DNA of 64,000 nucleotides from an uncultured Actinomycetes bacterium. Lineage in GTDB: Bacteria; Actinomycetota; Thermoleophilia; Gaiellales; Gaiellaceae. The position numbers and the translations under genes are program-made. Numbering within the stretch: the stretch's first letter is position 1; each line of letters begins with the position of its first letter. The notes under the pieces were generated by a model that was not told where the DNA came from, made no database searches, and saw only the letters and a program-made list of their open reading frames with translations. Positions 61,141 to 64,000 of the stretch are shown in pieces. Location of the stretch: the NCBI GenBank assembly GCA_963716975.1, contig CAVQVA010000040.1:17223-81222 (forward strand). Reading direction: 5' to 3'.

Positions 61141-62201
61141 CAGCCCGTCCGCACCGTGCCGGGCTCCACGAGGAGCAGCTGCGACGGTTCCGCCGGCAGC
61201 GCCGCGGCGGCCGTGGCCGTCACGAGCGTCTGACCTCCATCCGAGATCATCTCCGCCAACGCGCTTCGCCGGGTGCCGTCGAGCTCCGAGAGGACGTCGT
61301 CGAGGAGGACGAGCGGCGCCACACCCTCGCGGTCTGCGAGCACCTTCGCCTCCGCGAGGACGAGCGCGAGGACGGCGGCGCGTTGTTCGCCCTGCGATCC
61401 GAACGCTCGAAGCTCTCGCCCGTCGGCCTCGATTCGGATGTCGTGGAGGTGGGCTCCCAAGCTCGTCACGCCCCGCTGGAGATCGCGATCCAGGCGGACG
61501 GCCATATCTGCCGTCGACGGTGCGTCGCCCTCGTACAGGGTCGCGAGCGCTGCAAGGCCGAGGCTGTCCGCGCAACGCTCGAGCGGGTCGGCAAGGAGGG
61601 CGAGCGCTTCGAGTCTTGCCTCCACCAGCATGCTGCCGAGCTCGACGACGGCTTCAGTCCACGGCGCAACGGCGTCGCGCGTCGACGCACCGATTGCAGC
61701 ACGGCGAAGTGCTGCATTGCGCTGGCCGATCGCGGCCGCGTAGTCGACCGGAAGCCGAGATCGAGCGGGGAGCATCCGACCGAGCACTCGATCGACGTAC
61801 GCCCGCCGCGTCGCCGGGCCGCCCTTGACGACCGCCAGTCGGTCGGGCGTGAACACGAGCGTGTGGAGCTCCGAACGGAGCTGTTCCGCCGAACGCAGGG
61901 TGCTGCCGTTCAACTGGGCGCTGCGCGCGTTCTTCACGGCAAGCCTCAGATCCACACGCACGGGCGTGGCACCACGGTGTCCGCTGAGCTGCACTCGCCC
62001 CGTGGTCGCACCGAAGCGCACCATTTGCGCATCGCTCCGCGCGCGCGGCGAAAACCCCTGCGTCCCGAGATGGAGAGCCTCCAGCAGATTCGTCTTCCCG
62101 GCCCCGTTCGCCCCGGCCACGAGCACGACGCCCGGTTCGAGCGCCAGCTCTAGCCCGGCATACGACCGAAAGTCTCGGAGCGTGATGCCCTGGACGATCA
62201 G
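61140..62201 (-). CDS. recF: DNA replication/repair protein RecF
   Basis: ORF 61140..62126 (GANGAGKTNLLEA Walker A, LLDDVLSELD) extends upstream in frame as LIVQGITLRDFRSYAGLELALEPGVV. There is no ATG/GTG/TTG there. The candidate starts are CTG codons at 62201 or 62231. Confidence 0.85.
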   Translation of the reverse strand: MIVQGITLRDFRSYAGLELALEPGVVLVAGANGAGKTNLLEALHLGTQGFSPRARSDAQMVRFGATTGRVQLSGHRGATPVRVDLRLAVKNARSAQLNGSTLRSAEQLRSELHTLVFTPDRLAVVKGGPATRRAYVDRVLGRMLPARSRLPVDYAAAIGQRNAALRRAAIGASTRDAVAPWTEAVVELGSMLVEARLEALALLADPLERCADSLGLAALATLYEGDAPSTADMAVRLDRDLQRGVTSLGAHLHDIRIEADGRELRAFGSQGEQRAAVLALVLAEAKVLADREGVAPLVLLDDVLSELDGTRRSALAEMISDGGQTLVTATAAAALPAEPSQLLLVEPGTVRTG

Positions 62202-62227
62202 CCTGCCAGCAACCTGCTCGCGACGGG

Positions 62228-63352
62228 TCAGCCCGCGAGCCTGATCGGCATGATCAGGTACCAGAAGCTCTCGTCCGGAGCGGCCAGCAGTCCCGGCCGC
62301 AGAGGGTTGATGAGCTTGAGCTGCACCGTCTCGCCCCCGACGACCTCGAGTCCCTCCCTCAGGAAGTCCGGGTTGAAGCCGATCTCGAGCGGCTCACCGG
62401 CATAGTCGATCTCGAGTGCCTCGCTCGCTTCGCCGACGTCCTGCGTCTGCGCCGAGACGGCGAGCTCGCCCTCGGCGAATCTCAAGCGCAGTGGGGCATT
62501 CCGCTGCGCCATGACGCCGGCGCGTCGAATCACCTCGAGGAGCGGCTCGCGAGGAGTGGTCACCTCGATCTCGAACGTCTCGGGGAGGAGTTGCTTGTAG
62601 TTCGGGAACTGCCCGTCGATTCGCCGGGTCGTCAGCCAGACGTCCCCGGCGCCGAACACCACGTGGTTCTCGTGCACGCCGAGGCTGACGACTTCTCCAC
62701 CCCCGGCAAGGCGGGCGAGCTCCTGGAGCGCCCTTGCGGGGATGATCGCGTCGAGCTCCGGCCCCGATTCACCGAGTGCCGTCTCCTTCACCGCGAGTCG
62801 GTACGAGTCCGTCGCGGCCATCGTCAACCGGTCGCCTTCGAAGCGAACGAGGATCCCGGTGAGCACAGGCCGCGACTCGTCGCGGGAAGCGGCTCTCGCG
62901 ACCTTCTCGATCGTCCCGAGGAGCGCCGGCGCCGAGATCGTGTGCAGGGGGACGTCGAGCGCCGGCAGTCGGGGGAAGTCCTCCGCGCTGAAGACGTTGA
63001 CCTTGGACGAGTAGCGACCCGAGGTGACCTCGAGGACCCCGTTGCCCTGATCGAACGAGAATGCCACCGAGTCGTCAGGCAAGAGCCGGACGAGATCGGT
63101 GAGCAGCCGTCCGGGCACGACCACCGCGCCTTCGCCTTCGACGGTGCCGGCGACGGATGCACGGAGCGACACCTCCATGTCCGTCGTGCTCAACTCGAGC
63201 TTCCCGTCGTCGGGCCGAATCATGATCCCGGTCAGCACCTGGACCGCGCTACGCGACGACAGCCCGCGAGAGACGATTCCGAGAGCGGCAGCCAGATCGT
63301 CGCGAGAGCAGGTCACGCGAAGCTCGGTGGCCGTGGCTAGGTCTGTATCCAT
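62228..63352 (-). CDS. dnaN: DNA polymerase III beta sliding clamp
   Basis: ORF 62228..63352 is 374 aa with a three-domain clamp pattern and lies between dnaA and recF. Confidence 0.95.
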   Translation of the reverse strand: MDTDLATATELRVTCSRDDLAAALGIVSRGLSSRSAVQVLTGIMIRPDDGKLELSTTDMEVSLRASVAGTVEGEGAVVVPGRLLTDLVRLLPDDSVAFSFDQGNGVLEVTSGRYSSKVNVFSAEDFPRLPALDVPLHTISAPALLGTIEKVARAASRDESRPVLTGILVRFEGDRLTMAATDSYRLAVKETALGESGPELDAIIPARALQELARLAGGGEVVSLGVHENHVVFGAGDVWLTTRRIDGQFPNYKQLLPETFEIEVTTPREPLLEVIRRAGVMAQRNAPLRLRFAEGELAVSAQTQDVGEASEALEIDYAGEPLEIGFNPDFLREGLEVVGGETVQLKLINPLRPGLLAAPDESFWYLIMPIRLAG

Positions 63353-63512
63353 TACTTAGAGAAAAGGCTCGTAGTCGTAGTAGGGAGTGTGCACGACGTG
63401 GAAGACGGGCGATTCGTAGGTGGCGAGCAGGCAAAACGCATGGGGACAGGAGTGTTGGTAGCCGTCAACACGTCTCACAGCTTTCGAGGCGATGGTGGAA
63501 GGACCCCCATCG
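63353..63512. promoter_or_regulatory. dnaA-dnaN intergenic region (possible oriC segment and dnaN promoter)
   Basis: A 160-bp non-coding, relatively AT-richer spacer in the classical oriC position. By eye I found only weak DnaA-box-like matches. Confidence 0.3.
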
Positions 63513-64000
63513 CTACCGTGCCTGCTTGATCCGCGCCGTCAACTCTTGCACAAGGTTGTACACAGAGCGATCTTCGCGGATGAGGCGCGTGATCTTCGAT
63601 GTCGCGTGGATCACCGTCGTGTGATCGCGCCCCCCGAACTCCTTGCCGATCTTGGGCAGGGACGAGTCCGTGAGCTCGCGTGAGAGGTACATCGCGACCT
63701 GGCGGGGATAGGCAACTGCCTGAGAACGCCGAGGACTCACGAGCTCGTCGAGTGTGACTCCGAATCGTTCGGACACCGCCTCCTGGATCCGCGGGATCGT
63801 CACCTCGGGAGCAGCATCTCCCTGGGGGAACACGTCCTTCAGCACGTGCTCGGCGAGATCGACGGTCATCGACCTGTCGGTGAGCGACGAAAAGGCGACC
63901 ACCCGAGTGAGTGCACCTTCGAGCTCGCGGATGTTCGAGGAGACACGACCTGCGATGAACGTCAGGACCTCGGGATCCGTGACGGCGATCCGCTCCGTGT
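63513..64000 (-). CDS. dnaA: chromosomal replication initiator DnaA, C-terminal part (truncated by window edge)
   Basis: ORF 63513..63902 and its upstream in-frame continuation contain NIRELEGAL and the domain IV DNA-binding motif YPRQVAMYLSRELTDSSLPKIGKEFGGRDHTTVIHA. Confidence 0.92.
   Translation of the reverse strand, partial: TERIAVTDPEVLTFIAGRVSSNIRELEGALTRVVAFSSLTDRSMTVDLAEHVLKDVFPQGDAAPEVTIPRIQEAVSERFGVTLDELVSPRRSQAVAYPRQVAMYLSRELTDSSLPKIGKEFGGRDHTTVIHATSKITRLIREDRSVYNLVQELTARIKQAR

Noticed and set aside
63353-63512. Complete oriC with clear DnaA-box array and DNA-unwinding element in the dnaA-dnaN spacer
   Set aside because: The spacer is only 160 bp. By eye it contains only weak partial matches to DnaA-box consensus sequences and no obvious AT-rich 13-mers. 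The main origin may lie upstream of dnaA, outside the window.

Overview
Very GC-rich chromosomal window (GC not computed). Gene content and order suggest an Actinomycetota-like bacterium, but that assignment is low confidence. The right end is the replication-origin neighbourhood on the minus strand: dnaA (partial), dnaN, recF, DUF721/DciA-like, gyrB, gyrA. The left end is a complete four-subunit NAD(P)-coupled group-3b-type [NiFe]-hydrogenase operon (beta, gamma, delta, alpha) with its maturation protease, hypA (partial), and a divergent hypF-hypC-hypC'-hypD-hypE operon. In between are: a GGDEF-EAL c-di-GMP protein with an orphan phage-tail-tube-like gene; a UDP-diacetamido-uronic-acid-type sugar operon; an rmlACDB dTDP-rhamnose operon; several cell-wall enzymes (SpoIID, S8, M23, Amidase_2); an MMPL transporter; PolX; an MrfA/YprA-like helicase; an ECF42-type sigma factor with two YCII genes; Ndh-2; LigD; accD-accA; fabZ-fabH-fabD-fabG-fabF; and an NfeD/SPFH pair. 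I saw no rRNA, tRNA, CRISPR array, transposase or integrase. Most genes are translationally coupled through ATGA/GTGA overlaps. Five positions in four genes (ligD, Amidase_2, NfeD twice, gyrB) each need one nucleotide skipped to restore an obviously homologous reading frame. One of these genes is the essential gyrB, so systematic single-base insertion errors in the assembly are the leading explanation. Apparent pseudogenes here should not be over-interpreted. The most interesting candidates are: the orphan tail-tube-like gene with an unknown partner downstream of the c-di-GMP enzyme; a DNA-binding-less cNMP-domain protein inside the hydrogenase operon; a cluster of DnaA-box-like repeats upstream of ligD; an arginase-fold protein with a zinc ribbon and a CCC motif; and a double zinc-ribbon membrane protein interrupted by an in-frame TGA.
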